Assembly: GCA_017467815.1 (NCBI GenBank)
Contig: JAFUKI010000123.1
Span: 7,990 to 71,989, forward strand
Length of the DNA: 64,000 bases
Reading direction: 5' to 3'
From: Clostridia bacterium
GTDB lineage: Bacteria > Bacillota > Clostridia > Oscillospirales > CAG-272
Under the pieces are notes generated by a model. The model worked only from the letters and a program-made list of their open reading frames with translations. It was not told the DNA's origin and made no database searches. A program made the translations under genes and the position numbers. Shown in pieces: positions 43,592-54,185 of the stretch; position 1 is the first letter of the stretch, and each line of letters begins with the position of its first letter.

Positions 43592-43939
43592 ATGTTCAAA
43601 AAGACCAAGCACTGGACGAAAAGCAAAAACGTAAACAGTAAACGATATAAGTTGGATCTGGCAAATTATCTCCACGGAAAAGCACTGAAATGTGTTACGG
43701 AGAAAGTGAACGGTATTGAAGAAGTAGTTGCCAAAAAAGGCTCCATCATCCGCAAAGAAGATGAACTTCTGGTGTTTGCCAGCCAGGATGTGGTGATGCG
43801 CGCCAATGTTCTGGAAGTATCCGCCTGGGAACTGCTGTCACTGGAGGGAGTTGTCATCACAGCACCCGATCTGGAGCACGGCGGAGAAGAAAGAACCATC
43901 GTGGCTTATTACAGTTACTGGCGCGAGCTGGAAGATTGA
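43592..43939 (+). CDS. Hypothetical protein (~115 aa)
   Basis: ATG with a GGAG RBS 7 nt upstream. The track start at 43412 lies in promoter/leader sequence. No family recognised. Confidence 0.45.
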   Translation: MFKKTKHWTKSKNVNSKRYKLDLANYLHGKALKCVTEKVNGIEEVVAKKGSIIRKEDELLVFASQDVVMRANVLEVSAWELLSLEGVVITAPDLEHGGEERTIVAYYSYWRELED

Positions 43940-43995
43940 CTGGATTTTTTGCGCAGAATCGTATATAATTATATGGAAGAGTAAATGTAAGAAAC

Positions 43996-44985
43996 ATGGA
44001 TATTTTGATAAACGGACAGTATGTGGGATTGACCATACGGACATTGCTGCAGCGTGAACTGGGTTTTTCCGCCAACCTGATCAAGAAACTGAAATTTACC
44101 GAAAACGGAATCACGGTAAACGGCGTATTCAAAACGGTACGGTATGAACTGGCGGAAGGGGATGTGCTTTCTCTGGCGGTGGAGGACACTGCATCGGATG
44201 TCAGTCCCTATACCATTCCGGCAGAACTGCCCATCGGGATCCTGTATGAGGACGAATGGCTGACCGTGGTGGACAAACCTGCCAATATGCCGGCGCATCC
44301 GTCTCTGGGTCATCAGCTGGACACTGTTTCCAATGCCCTTGCCTGGCGATACCGGGAAAAGCCCTATGTTTTCCGTCCGGTGAACCGACTGGACAGGGAC
44401 ACCAGCGGGTGTATGCTGACCGCCAATACCAGGGATGCTTCTTATAAGATGTACACCGCCATGACCACGGGGAAAGTGTACAAAACCTATCTGGCTGTAT
44501 TGGACGGTGTACCCGGTCAGACGGAAGGAACACTGGAAAGCTATATGCACCGGAAAGCGGAAAGTATTATAGAACGGGAAGAAACCTCTCCCGACACACC
44601 GGATGCCAAAAAGGCTGTGACAGAATATATCGTTATCGCCCGGCGGGAGAACACTTCCGTTGTGCTGGCACATCCCATAACCGGACGTACGCATCAGCTC
44701 CGTGTGCAGTTTGCCGGCATCGGATGCCCTATTGTGGGAGATGATCTGTACTGGAAGCCGAGTGCGTATATCACCCGTCATGCTCTCCACTGTACGGCAA
44801 CCTGTTTCCCCCATCCGGACACCGGGGCAAAAGTATCCGTACACGCGCCTGTGCCGGAGGATATCGGGGTACTGCTGACGGCACTGGGATACGATGCCGC
44901 AGAGATCGAAAAAATCGGCAGTACCTACTGCGAAATGTATCACAACCAGATGTATAACGGAAAGGAAAACGATCCGAATGTTTAA
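43996..44985 (+). CDS. RluA-family 23S rRNA/tRNA pseudouridine synthase
   Basis: S4-like N-terminus, catalytic RPVNRLDRDTSGCML, and GRTHQLRVQF. Confidence 0.9.
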   Translation: MDILINGQYVGLTIRTLLQRELGFSANLIKKLKFTENGITVNGVFKTVRYELAEGDVLSLAVEDTASDVSPYTIPAELPIGILYEDEWLTVVDKPANMPAHPSLGHQLDTVSNALAWRYREKPYVFRPVNRLDRDTSGCMLTANTRDASYKMYTAMTTGKVYKTYLAVLDGVPGQTEGTLESYMHRKAESIIEREETSPDTPDAKKAVTEYIVIARRENTSVVLAHPITGRTHQLRVQFAGIGCPIVGDDLYWKPSAYITRHALHCTATCFPHPDTGAKVSVHAPVPEDIGVLLTALGYDAAEIEKIGSTYCEMYHNQMYNGKENDPNV

Positions 44986-46084
44986 GAAAATCACCCGCTG
45001 GGTACCGAAAACTTCATTAATCATATTCCTGCTCGGCATTGCGGCAGTTGTCTGTCATATCGGCTTCTGCCTGTCTGCATCCTTTGCGGACCGGTTCAAT
45101 CTGTACGTAAGCGCTTTCCTGCGGACGGTTACGGCAAAGCTGACGGGATGGATCCCCGTGTCCCTGGCGGAAACCATTATTTTATCCCTGCCGGTGACAC
45201 TTACGGTTATATTTGTTGTATGTTTGCGGAAAAGTGCCGGCGGTAAACGGCAGATGGTGCGCTGCATCATGGGCGTTTTATCCATTGCGGTACTGCTGTA
45301 TGTATTGTTTGTGTTTACCTTTGCTCCCGGCTACCGTGCGCCGACGCTGGATACCAAACTGGATCTGGAATGGACGGATGTTTCGGCAGAAGAATTGTAC
45401 AATACGGCGAAAACCGTCACCCGGCATCTGAATGAACTGGCGGATCAGGTATACTTTGCAGAAGAAATCGGTTCCGTCCGTACGTACAGCCATAAGGAAA
45501 CTGTGGAAAAGTGCATGGCATCCTACGAAGTGTTGGCAGAAGAATATGATTTTCTGCCGGTGCTGCGTGCTCCCGTGAAACAGATTACAATGTCGGGACT
45601 GATGACATATACCCATATTTCCGGTATGTACACATTTTTCACCGGTGAAGCGAATCTGAATACCAATTATCCTTATTTTGTCAACGTATACAGCACCGCC
45701 CACGAAATGGCGCACCAGAGAGGAATTGCCAGAGAAAATGAGGCAAACTTTATTGCATATCTTGTCTGCATCCATTCAGATGACCCGTATATGCAGTACA
45801 GCGGTTATCTGAATATGTACGAATATCTGACCAGTCCCCTGTACGCCGCCTCTCCCAGACTGTATACGGATATTGTAAACGGTCTGGATTCCCGTGTCCG
45901 GTATGATCTTCAGTGCTACAGTGAGTTTTTCGAAAAATACAGGGACAACGTGGCATCGGAGGTCAGTAATGCGGTGAACAATACGTATCTGGTACTCCAG
46001 GGACAGGAGGAAGGCGCAAAAAGTTACGGAATGGTTGTGGATCTGGCAGTGGCATATCACAAGAAAGCGGGGGATATCCAATGA
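44978..46084 (+). CDS. DUF3810-like membrane zinc-metalloprotease-like protein
   Basis: N-terminal TMs and STAHEMAHQRGIARENEANFIAYL (HExxH plus downstream E). The ATG at 44978 overlaps the upstream stop by 8 nt. Confidence 0.7.
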   Translation: MFKKITRWVPKTSLIIFLLGIAAVVCHIGFCLSASFADRFNLYVSAFLRTVTAKLTGWIPVSLAETIILSLPVTLTVIFVVCLRKSAGGKRQMVRCIMGVLSIAVLLYVLFVFTFAPGYRAPTLDTKLDLEWTDVSAEELYNTAKTVTRHLNELADQVYFAEEIGSVRTYSHKETVEKCMASYEVLAEEYDFLPVLRAPVKQITMSGLMTYTHISGMYTFFTGEANLNTNYPYFVNVYSTAHEMAHQRGIARENEANFIAYLVCIHSDDPYMQYSGYLNMYEYLTSPLYAASPRLYTDIVNGLDSRVRYDLQCYSEFFEKYRDNVASEVSNAVNNTYLVLQGQEEGAKSYGMVVDLAVAYHKKAGDIQ

Positions 46085-47142
46085 AGAATGTATTTCTGAA
46101 AATGATGCTCTGCTGTCTTGCCGCCGTTCTGCTGTGCCTGCCGATTGTCGGTTATGAAACGGAAAATGGCTACAAGCCCAGTCTGTATCATAATGACGAG
46201 GCGTGGTATAAGGATACAATGGCGCCCCTTCTGGTGAAAGACGGCGTATATCATATTCCGGCGGACATTTTGGAAATGTTTTCCGGCATTACGGTACAGA
46301 TATACACGGAGAATAACAATCTGCTGATCCATAATACGAATACCGATGTGTATGCCTCTGTTCTGTACAGTACAGCAACTGCGGCGGTAAATGGAGAAAT
46401 TGCGGAAAAGGTGGATATATTCCGTCAGCAGGGATATTATTACATTGATGCGGAATGGATTGCCGATATCTGCGGACTGGAATGTACTTTCAAAGAAGAT
46501 GCCCACGGAAATATGCTTCTGCGCCTGACAAACGGGGAACAGAGAAGATCCTTTGATGAACTGATCGATGATTATACAAACAGTGCCGAACCGGAAGAAG
46601 CGGAGACCAAACCCATAGAAACCCCTCCGCCGGAAAGTGACGGTACCAAAAAGATATATCTGGTATGTACAAATGCACCGGGTGCTCAGCAGACCCCGGC
46701 GGATCTGATCGAAGGCTACGGACTTGTCTGTACGGAATTTCTGACGGAAAACACCGGAACTGCTGAAATTGTGCAAAAGGCAGTCGTAACCCGCTGCGGT
46801 GTATTTGCCGAAGACGGTACTGTGGAAGCGGCGGATGGAGTGAATGCAATGGTGGAAACCTTGCTCTGCCGCAAACTTCCTCTGGCGCTTCTTCCCGAGG
46901 GCGGTGACACCGTACCTTTTACGGAAACCGGATATATACCGGTTGTACCGGATTTCACGGTGAATTATCAGACAGACCCGGATGTGGTATTTGAGAATAT
47001 GCTGACCTATCTGCGGAACAGCGATCATGTTGTTCTCAGAGTGGGTACGGACGGTTGTTCGCAGCGGATTCTGGTACTGCTGATCGAACTGCTCGGCTGG
47101 AATGAAGATTATTCTGTAGTTAAGCTGACCGAGTGGGAATAA
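46081..47142 (+). CDS. Secreted/membrane-anchored hypothetical protein
   Basis: Signal-like N-terminus MKNVFLKMMLCCLAAVLLCLPIV. 4-nt overlap with the upstream gene. Confidence 0.5.
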   Translation: MKNVFLKMMLCCLAAVLLCLPIVGYETENGYKPSLYHNDEAWYKDTMAPLLVKDGVYHIPADILEMFSGITVQIYTENNNLLIHNTNTDVYASVLYSTATAAVNGEIAEKVDIFRQQGYYYIDAEWIADICGLECTFKEDAHGNMLLRLTNGEQRRSFDELIDDYTNSAEPEEAETKPIETPPPESDGTKKIYLVCTNAPGAQQTPADLIEGYGLVCTEFLTENTGTAEIVQKAVVTRCGVFAEDGTVEAADGVNAMVETLLCRKLPLALLPEGGDTVPFTETGYIPVVPDFTVNYQTDPDVVFENMLTYLRNSDHVVLRVGTDGCSQRILVLLIELLGWNEDYSVVKLTEWE

Positions 47143-47320
47143 TATTTATTTGAAATCAATAGCAATTAATCCCACTCCTGAGAATTTCCCTGACGGAAAA
47201 TTCTCCAAAGTTGGGTGCGGACTGCGTGGGAATAATAATCACCTGAACACAAAAGCAATCAATCCTACATTTCAATAATCCTTAAGCGGGAATAAATGTT
47301 TGACAGAACGGAGAGAGAGA

Positions 47321-48031
47321 ATGGATAGCGTAAAGAAGAAAATTCTTGTCGTGGAAGATGAAAAGAAGATCGCGCTGATGCTGGCTTACAATATTAAAAA
47401 AGAGGGGTACGAGTGTACCACGGTCTATGACGGAGAATCCGGTCTGACGGAGGCACTGGGCGGCGGATACGATCTGATTCTTCTGGACATCATGCTGCCG
47501 CGGATGAACGGGTATGAAGTCTGTGAAAAGGTGCGTCTGGTGAGCCAGGTGCCGATCATTTTTCTTACAGCCAAGGAAGAAGAAAAAGACAAAATTCTCG
47601 GACTGGACACGGGGGCGGACGACTATGTGACAAAACCTTTTTCCTTCGGGGAACTGATGTCCAGAATACGTGCCAACATCCGGCGCAGTTCCGGAGAAGT
47701 GGTGGCGGAGAAGAAGGCGGCGCTGGATATCATTCAGATCGGCGAACTGAAGGTGGACGGCGATCACTATCTGGTAACCAAAAACGACGAACCCATCGAA
47801 CTGTCCAAAAAAGACTATGATTTTATCGCTTTTCTGGCAGCCAATGTAGGAAAAGCCTACTCCAGAGAAGCCCTGCTGGAAGAAATCTGGGGCTATGACG
47901 ATTACTATGGAGACATCCGTACTGTGGACGTAACGGTATGCAGAATCCGCAACAAAATCGAGAAAGACCCGGCAAAACCGGAGTACCTGATGACCAAGCG
48001 CGGTGTAGGGTATTATCTTGCCAAGCACTGA
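47321..48031 (+). CDS. OmpR/PhoB-family response regulator (WalR-like)
   Basis: KILVVEDE, LILLDIMLP and DDYVTKPF, with a C-terminal winged helix (TKRGVGYYL). Start at ATG 47321 after GGAGAGAGAGA. Confidence 0.9.
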   Translation: MDSVKKKILVVEDEKKIALMLAYNIKKEGYECTTVYDGESGLTEALGGGYDLILLDIMLPRMNGYEVCEKVRLVSQVPIIFLTAKEEEKDKILGLDTGADDYVTKPFSFGELMSRIRANIRRSSGEVVAEKKAALDIIQIGELKVDGDHYLVTKNDEPIELSKKDYDFIAFLAANVGKAYSREALLEEIWGYDDYYGDIRTVDVTVCRIRNKIEKDPAKPEYLMTKRGVGYYLAKH

Positions 48032-48061
48032 TTCTGAGAATTCTTCGACCGGAGAAAAGGA

Positions 48062-49894
48062 ATGTTTAAAAGTCTGTATTTTAAGATAGTTCTGATTCTG
48101 CTGATATTCATTGTAGCGGTTATGTGTGCGGTAGCCGCCATTCTGATGAACGGTGTAACTACGTACTACGTGAATACGTTTGCAGATCAGATGGAGGAAT
48201 GTTTCGGGGATGAAACCATTCTGCGCCATGAATTGACGGCAGCGGCGGAAAATGAAGGCTTTGCTGCGGATATGAAGGCGATACTCACTTCCTACGGCAG
48301 TATTTTGGGGATCGACCAATACAGAAACTACTATGTTCTCAACATGGATGCTGAAATGCTTGCCGGATCGGATGCGGAACTGGGCGCCTCCCTTGCCGTG
48401 ACGCCCAATCTGCTGTCTGCCATCAGCGGTGAAAACAGCAACCGCATCATCAGCGGTACTGAGTACGCCGACTGGGCTGTGCGGATCGACGGGGCGGGAA
48501 ATCATTGTATCATTTACGTAAAAGATACCCTTGAGGAAATGAGACAGCTGAATCAGGTGGTGTTTTCCATCATCCTGCAGGCAATGGTGGTCGGTATCCT
48601 GATCGCCATCCTTCTGTCCTTCTTCCTTGCCAAAGCGATCACCTCACCCATCCAGAACCTGACCTACGGTACACAGCTTGTGGCATCGGGGCGGTTCGAT
48701 CATGCCATCGAAGTAAACTCCAGTGACGAACTGGGTATCCTGACGGAAAACTTCAATTTCATGAAGGAACGGCTGAAAGGAACACTGGATGAAGTATACA
48801 GTGAACGGGAAAAACTGGAAACCATCCTTGCCTGTATGCGGGATGCGGTAATGACATTTTCCACGGACGGAAAACTGCTTCTGCGCAACAACAGTGCGGC
48901 GGAACTGTTCGGGGATACCTTGAAACAGGGAACATTCACGCTGGAACAGTGTTTTGAGAAACTGGATATTCCTCTGCAGAAAGAAGGAAACAGTATCCGC
49001 CTGACTTCGGCGGAAGCGGCAGTGGAAAGAACCAGGGACGGATTTGTATTCCGTGACCGTATTTTCGGGGATCGTGTGTATGACGTCAGCTTCGGGATCA
49101 TCCGTTATGCGGAGAGGGGAAAGATGGTACCCGGCTGTATTCTGATTTCCCACGATGTAACGGGACGGTATGAGCTGGACGAAAGCCGACGGGAATTTGT
49201 TGCCAATGTATCCCACGAGCTCCGTACCCCCCTGACCTCCATCAAAGGGGCTGCCGAAACGATTCTGGGTGATACGGAAATGGATAAAGAAACCAGAGAG
49301 TATTTTCTGGACAGCTTTATTCTGGCGGAATGTGATCGTATGACCCGTATCGTATCCGACCTGCTGACCCTGTCCCGTCTGGACAATAACCGTACCCAGT
49401 GGAATATTGAAATTTTCGATATGCAGACCCTGCTTCGGAGACTGGCTGACGTAATGCAGAAGGAGTCTGATGAGCATAACCACATTCTGACTCTGCAGGC
49501 AGACGATGTTCCTCTGATCACGGGGGACAAGCAGCGTCTGGAACAGGTATTCGTGAATATTTTATCCAATGCGATCAAGTATACACCGGACGGCGGAAAA
49601 ATTGATATTTCCATTACGGAAGGGAAGAACCGGCTGATCACGACCATTACGGATAACGGCATCGGCATTCCCGAAAAGGATATAGTCCACCTTTTTGAGC
49701 GATTCTACCGTGTGGAAAAATCCCGTACATCCGATGCAGGCGGTACAGGTCTCGGTCTTGCCATCGCCAAAGAAATCGTGGAAGCTCATGGCGGACGGAT
49801 TTCCGTACAGAGTAAAATGGGTATGGGAACTTCCGTGGTTGTGGAACTGCCCTTCGAATGCCGCCTGAAATCTTCACAAAAAGCGGAAAAATAA
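48062..49894 (+). CDS. Sensor histidine kinase (two TM, HAMP, PAS, HisKA, HATPase; WalK-like layout)
   Basis: H-box FVANVSHELRTPLTSI, N box NAIKYTP, and G boxes DNGIGIP and GGTGLGLAIAK. Confidence 0.9.
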   Translation: MFKSLYFKIVLILLIFIVAVMCAVAAILMNGVTTYYVNTFADQMEECFGDETILRHELTAAAENEGFAADMKAILTSYGSILGIDQYRNYYVLNMDAEMLAGSDAELGASLAVTPNLLSAISGENSNRIISGTEYADWAVRIDGAGNHCIIYVKDTLEEMRQLNQVVFSIILQAMVVGILIAILLSFFLAKAITSPIQNLTYGTQLVASGRFDHAIEVNSSDELGILTENFNFMKERLKGTLDEVYSEREKLETILACMRDAVMTFSTDGKLLLRNNSAAELFGDTLKQGTFTLEQCFEKLDIPLQKEGNSIRLTSAEAAVERTRDGFVFRDRIFGDRVYDVSFGIIRYAERGKMVPGCILISHDVTGRYELDESRREFVANVSHELRTPLTSIKGAAETILGDTEMDKETREYFLDSFILAECDRMTRIVSDLLTLSRLDNNRTQWNIEIFDMQTLLRRLADVMQKESDEHNHILTLQADDVPLITGDKQRLEQVFVNILSNAIKYTPDGGKIDISITEGKNRLITTITDNGIGIPEKDIVHLFERFYRVEKSRTSDAGGTGLGLAIAKEIVEAHGGRISVQSKMGMGTSVVVELPFECRLKSSQKAEK

Positions 49895-49898
49895 TCAT

Positions 49899-51278
49899 AT
49901 GAAAGAGAAGAAGCAAATAAAAGGGGAAAAAGGAACGGCTGCGCTGGCGATCACCGTTACAGTATGCACGCTGTTTTTGCTGATACTCCTGCTGGTAACG
50001 GTTATCCTGACCAGCGCAACCAGCGGAATTCTGAACAGTACATCCCCTCTGGATCCTTCCGTACTGCTGTCGGAAGAAGAAAGCAGTGCGGCATCCATAA
50101 AAGACAGTATCATTCCGGCATTTATCGGAATCGGTACGGAAGAAAGCCGTAAGGGGATCTCCGCCGGGGACAATGTGGTGCGGGAATTGTACGCCCTGCT
50201 GACTCCCTATCTGGTAAACGGTCTGTGTACCGAACCGGAACGTGTGGAATCCTTTGTGTGGAAGGAAGCCATAAGCACATACCCCTACGTATTTGTTCAG
50301 TACCATTCGCCGATGCCCATTGAATTCCTTCAGGCAACAGGTGCACAAAAGGAAGAGGAAATGGCTGTCGGGGAAAATACACTGCTGGCAGAGTCTTTAT
50401 TGCTGAAACCCGGTTTTGCCGGATCCATGCTGCTGCTGGTGAAAATCACGGACGGCACTGTCCTTCGTTATTCCTGTGATTCCGGAAACCGGGAAGAATT
50501 TCCCACAATGGATACTCTTTCGGAATGGGTACAGAATTTCCCCAATAATTTTTACCGCTATGAACTGCGGTTTGACGGAATGAAAACGGAACCGGTGTTC
50601 TTGGAGCGAATTCGGGTGCAGAATGTAACCATGGCAGCCGGAAGCCTGGAGATGCTGGAAAGCAATGACGCGCAAATGGGGCGTTTCCTGCGTTTGCTGG
50701 ACTTCAACCCGGACAAACTGTCCAAGCATACGGAATCCGACGGTACCAGCGTACTGGTGGAAAGCCATGGGATACTGCAGTACTGTGAGAATTGGTATCG
50801 GTATATTGCCTCCTCGGATGGCGGTGTGCCGATCAGCAGTGTAATCGGCAATCAGGATTATTATACAGTCTATGACATTATCCGCACAGCCTGTACCATT
50901 GCAGAACGTCTGCGGAATGCCTCCCAGTATTATCTGGGCGGAGAAGCCGAATTGGTGCTCACTTCCTGTGAAACCACCGGCGACACCGTAACACTGACGT
51001 TTTCTTATGCTTTTGACAATTTACTGATCAGCGAATATGATCCGGCACTGGTACTGACGGTATCGGACACATACCGTATTCTGTCCCTGCAGATCACATC
51101 CATTGCAGTAACAGGATGGGGGGAATACAGAACGGTGTACACGGAGTCAGGCATACATGATCAGAACGATGGGAAAAACAAAAGTGTATTTCTGACATAT
51201 CCCAGTGATTTTTATGCGGAAGCTGTGTTCCCGGTGTGGACAGTATGTACACCGGTGGATGTACAGACCGGAGAATAG
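49899..51278 (+). CDS. Membrane-anchored protein, positional analogue of YycH (inference)
   Basis: A single N-terminal TM (ALAITVTVCTLFLLILLLVTVIL) and 459 aa. Starts 4 nt after the kinase stop. Confidence 0.4.
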   Translation: MKEKKQIKGEKGTAALAITVTVCTLFLLILLLVTVILTSATSGILNSTSPLDPSVLLSEEESSAASIKDSIIPAFIGIGTEESRKGISAGDNVVRELYALLTPYLVNGLCTEPERVESFVWKEAISTYPYVFVQYHSPMPIEFLQATGAQKEEEMAVGENTLLAESLLLKPGFAGSMLLLVKITDGTVLRYSCDSGNREEFPTMDTLSEWVQNFPNNFYRYELRFDGMKTEPVFLERIRVQNVTMAAGSLEMLESNDAQMGRFLRLLDFNPDKLSKHTESDGTSVLVESHGILQYCENWYRYIASSDGGVPISSVIGNQDYYTVYDIIRTACTIAERLRNASQYYLGGEAELVLTSCETTGDTVTLTFSYAFDNLLISEYDPALVLTVSDTYRILSLQITSIAVTGWGEYRTVYTESGIHDQNDGKNKSVFLTYPSDFYAEAVFPVWTVCTPVDVQTGE

Positions 51279-51326
51279 AATCCCCGGTAAAGAAAAACGA
51301 TTGATACTGCAGGAAAGGAGACATAT

Positions 51327-52268
51327 ATGCGGCAGAGACGGGTAATGATTGTATTGATCGGTATCCTTGCGGCGGCTATTTGTATTCTTGCCGTAAATCT
51401 GGTTATACTGAACCGTAAGGTATACAGTATTCCCGAACAGGCAGTGACGGATCTTTGCGCAGCATTGGCGGAAGACGGAATTGTCCTGAATCCCGATCTG
51501 GTTTCCCGCAGGAAGATGGAGGGGATCATCTATATGGGTTCGGGGGATGCGTATGAAGAAAACGTATCGGTTCTTCTCAGCGCAAGTCGGATACGGAACA
51601 GTTATGTGATCCCGGACGGTATTCTGTTTGAACATCACAACGGCACAGTTACAGAGTTCATGTCGGACTTTTCCTTCTGCTACCGAACCGTAGCGGCACA
51701 GGGAACTCTTACGGAAGATTTTGTGTTTGATACATTCACCGAAGGAATGCGCGGACTGGATCCTCAGAGCGAATACGGAAAGATTGCCGCCGCATTTCTG
51801 GAACGGGGGGACAGTGCCTTTGAAGGTGCGCCTACTGCACCGGAGGTTAAAATACGGGTGGAATCTGTGAAGCAGGGGGAGGACGGCAGCGTGTATGTCC
51901 GCTGCGTGCGCCTGATGGATGAAATGGAGATCACCGGCAATGAAGCTGTCTGCGTGATCTGGAACGGAAAAGTAACGGAAGCTGCCGGAAACTGGTGTTT
52001 TCTGACGCTTGGCGAATCCTGGCAGACACAACTTTCCGATATTACGAATATCCTGTTTACGATGAAACGTGATATCCGGGATATCGTGAATGATGTCGAA
52101 CAGGAAATACGAATCAGAGAAGTAAGCCGGTGTTACTCCCTGTATTTTCTCAGCGGTGACGATGGATTTTGTTTGATTCCATGCGTGAAAATATACGCAG
52201 AACCATATGGTATCTTAGTGTATAACGCATTGAATGGTACACTTTACACAACGATTGTCGGTGATTGA
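51327..52268 (+). CDS. Membrane-anchored protein, positional analogue of YycI (inference)
   Basis: A single N-terminal TM (VMIVLIGILAAAICILAVNLVIL) and 313 aa. Confidence 0.4.
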   Translation: MRQRRVMIVLIGILAAAICILAVNLVILNRKVYSIPEQAVTDLCAALAEDGIVLNPDLVSRRKMEGIIYMGSGDAYEENVSVLLSASRIRNSYVIPDGILFEHHNGTVTEFMSDFSFCYRTVAAQGTLTEDFVFDTFTEGMRGLDPQSEYGKIAAAFLERGDSAFEGAPTAPEVKIRVESVKQGEDGSVYVRCVRLMDEMEITGNEAVCVIWNGKVTEAAGNWCFLTLGESWQTQLSDITNILFTMKRDIRDIVNDVEQEIRIREVSRCYSLYFLSGDDGFCLIPCVKIYAEPYGILVYNALNGTLYTTIVGD

Positions 52269-52510
52269 TCGGAAATTATCGGTAAAAATATCAATTTATA
52301 TGAAATATGTGAAAATCATTAAAAAAACTCTTCCAATTTCTGCAACAAACTGTTATAATATAAAGAGGCTAATGTGGTGCATTGTATGACCATAATGGTG
52401 TACCATGGCTGAAATCATAAAATTATGACACAGTTCCCGCAGTCTGCTGTAGGCTGGCCGGTGGATACACATAATCATAGATACTCCAAAGAAAGGCACG
52501 GTGCTTGGTA

Positions 52511-53800
52511 ATGGAGAAAATTCTGGTGCGTGGAGGCGTACCGCTTATGGGCAGCGTTGAAGTCAGCGGCTCAAAGAATGCAGCGCTTCCGATCATCTAC
52601 GCGTGCGCCCTGGTTTCGGGCAAATGCGTATTGGAAAACATACCAAACATAAGAGATATTCATTTTTCATTTGAAATTCTGAAGGGCATGGGCGCAACTG
52701 TCCGTATGTTGGATCGTACAACATATGAAGTGGACTGTACCGATCTGGTTCCCGGTACCTCCAATTATGACCTTGTCCGCAAACTGCGCGGTTCCTATTA
52801 TCTGCTCGGCGCGGAATTCGGACGTTTCGGCAAGGCAAAAGTCGGATTCCCCGGCGGCTGCAATTTCGGTGTACGTCCCATCGACCAGCATATCAAAGGA
52901 TTTGAAGCATTGGGCGGCACGGTGAACACCGAAGGCGGCTATATTGAAATTGAATCCGAAAACGGCGTAAACGGTACCAATATATTCTTTGATGTTTCCA
53001 GCGTAGGCGCAACCATCAATATCATGATCGCCGCCGCAACCGGAAAAGGTCTTACCATCATTGACAATGCGGCAAAAGAACCCCATGTAGTAGACTGCGC
53101 CAACTTTTTGAATACCTGCGGTGCCAATATCAGCGGTGCCGGTTCCGATATGATCCGTATCAAGGGTGTGCCGGAACTCCATGGCTGTTCCTATGCGATC
53201 ATTCCCGACATGATCGAAGCAGGATCCTTCATGGTGGCAACAGCGGCAACCAGCGGTTCTGTACGCATCAACAATGTTATCCCGAAACACCTGGAATCCA
53301 TTACTGCAAAACTTCTGGAAGTGGGTGTGGAAGTGGAGGAATTTGACGATGCCGTACACGTTACAGCGCCTGAAAAATTGCGTAAGACAAGTGTAAAAAC
53401 GCTCCCGTATCCCGGTTTCCCCACGGATATGCATCCCCAGAGGTGTGCGATGCTGTGCAAAGCCGAGGGTGTCAGTTCCATCAACGAAAGCATTTATGAA
53501 AACCGCTTCCGTTATGTGGAAGAGCTGAAGCGTATGGGTGCGCAGATCAAGGTTGACGGCAGGATCGTGTCCATTGAAGGAGGAAATCCTCTGTCAGCGG
53601 CACCGGTTGTGGCAACGGATCTGCGCGGCGGCATTGCTGTAATGATTGCTGCGCTGATGTGTGAAGGACAGACCGAGATCGGAGAATGTCATCTGATCGA
53701 GCGCGGATACGATGATATTTGCGGTAAGCTGAGAGGGCTGGGTGCGGATATCCGGAAAGTGGAATGTCCCGAACCCGTGGCGACCCAGAAAGCAAACTGA
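52511..53800 (+). CDS. murA: UDP-N-acetylglucosamine 1-carboxyvinyltransferase
   Basis: MEKILVRGGVPLMGSVEVSGSKNAALPI, the active-site loop FPGGCNFGVRPIDQH, and a C-terminal ATDLRGG. Confidence 0.95.
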   Translation: MEKILVRGGVPLMGSVEVSGSKNAALPIIYACALVSGKCVLENIPNIRDIHFSFEILKGMGATVRMLDRTTYEVDCTDLVPGTSNYDLVRKLRGSYYLLGAEFGRFGKAKVGFPGGCNFGVRPIDQHIKGFEALGGTVNTEGGYIEIESENGVNGTNIFFDVSSVGATINIMIAAATGKGLTIIDNAAKEPHVVDCANFLNTCGANISGAGSDMIRIKGVPELHGCSYAIIPDMIEAGSFMVATAATSGSVRINNVIPKHLESITAKLLEVGVEVEEFDDAVHVTAPEKLRKTSVKTLPYPGFPTDMHPQRCAMLCKAEGVSSINESIYENRFRYVEELKRMGAQIKVDGRIVSIEGGNPLSAAPVVATDLRGGIAVMIAALMCEGQTEIGECHLIERGYDDICGKLRGLGADIRKVECPEPVATQKAN

Positions 53801-53914
53801 CAGTATTTTTCAGTATAGGATCAGCCGCAGGGCGGTAAAATGTTATGTGAAGCCCCGTTGTACAGGGGATCACAGAATGGATAGTCGTTTTTGTAACGGC
53901 GGAAGGAGAAAAAA

Positions 53915-54118
53915 ATGGAAGTAACGAAAGAGACCATCATTGGTGACATCATTGATTTTGACGAAGACTGCAGCGAGATCTTCCTGGAAGCAGGTATGCA
54001 TTGTCTGGATTGTCCCGTATCCCGCAGCGAATGTATTGAAGATGCCTGTGACGTCCACGGTATCGATGCCGATGAACTGATCGCAAAACTGAACGCGTAT
54101 TTCGCATCCAAGAAATAA
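53915..54118 (+). CDS. DUF1858 (hybrid-cluster-protein-associated redox disulfide) domain protein
   Basis: ETIIGDII...EIFLEAGMHCLDCPVSRSECIEDACDVHGID is the characteristic pattern. Confidence 0.75.
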   Translation: MEVTKETIIGDIIDFDEDCSEIFLEAGMHCLDCPVSRSECIEDACDVHGIDADELIAKLNAYFASKK

Positions 54119-54185
54119 ACAGGAACAAAATGTGGCGATCCGTAATACGGTTCGTCATTTTTTGTTTGCAGATCTGAGGTAGGGA

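Noticed and set aside
43969-48505. Long minus-strand ORFs 43969-45039, 46057-47028 and 47282-48505 (323-407 aa).
   Set aside because: Each lies antisense to a confidently identified plus-strand gene (RluA synthase, secreted protein, response regulator and kinase). Their translations are low-complexity and Arg/His/Phe-rich, with no motifs, which is typical shadow-ORF behaviour in GC-richer DNA.
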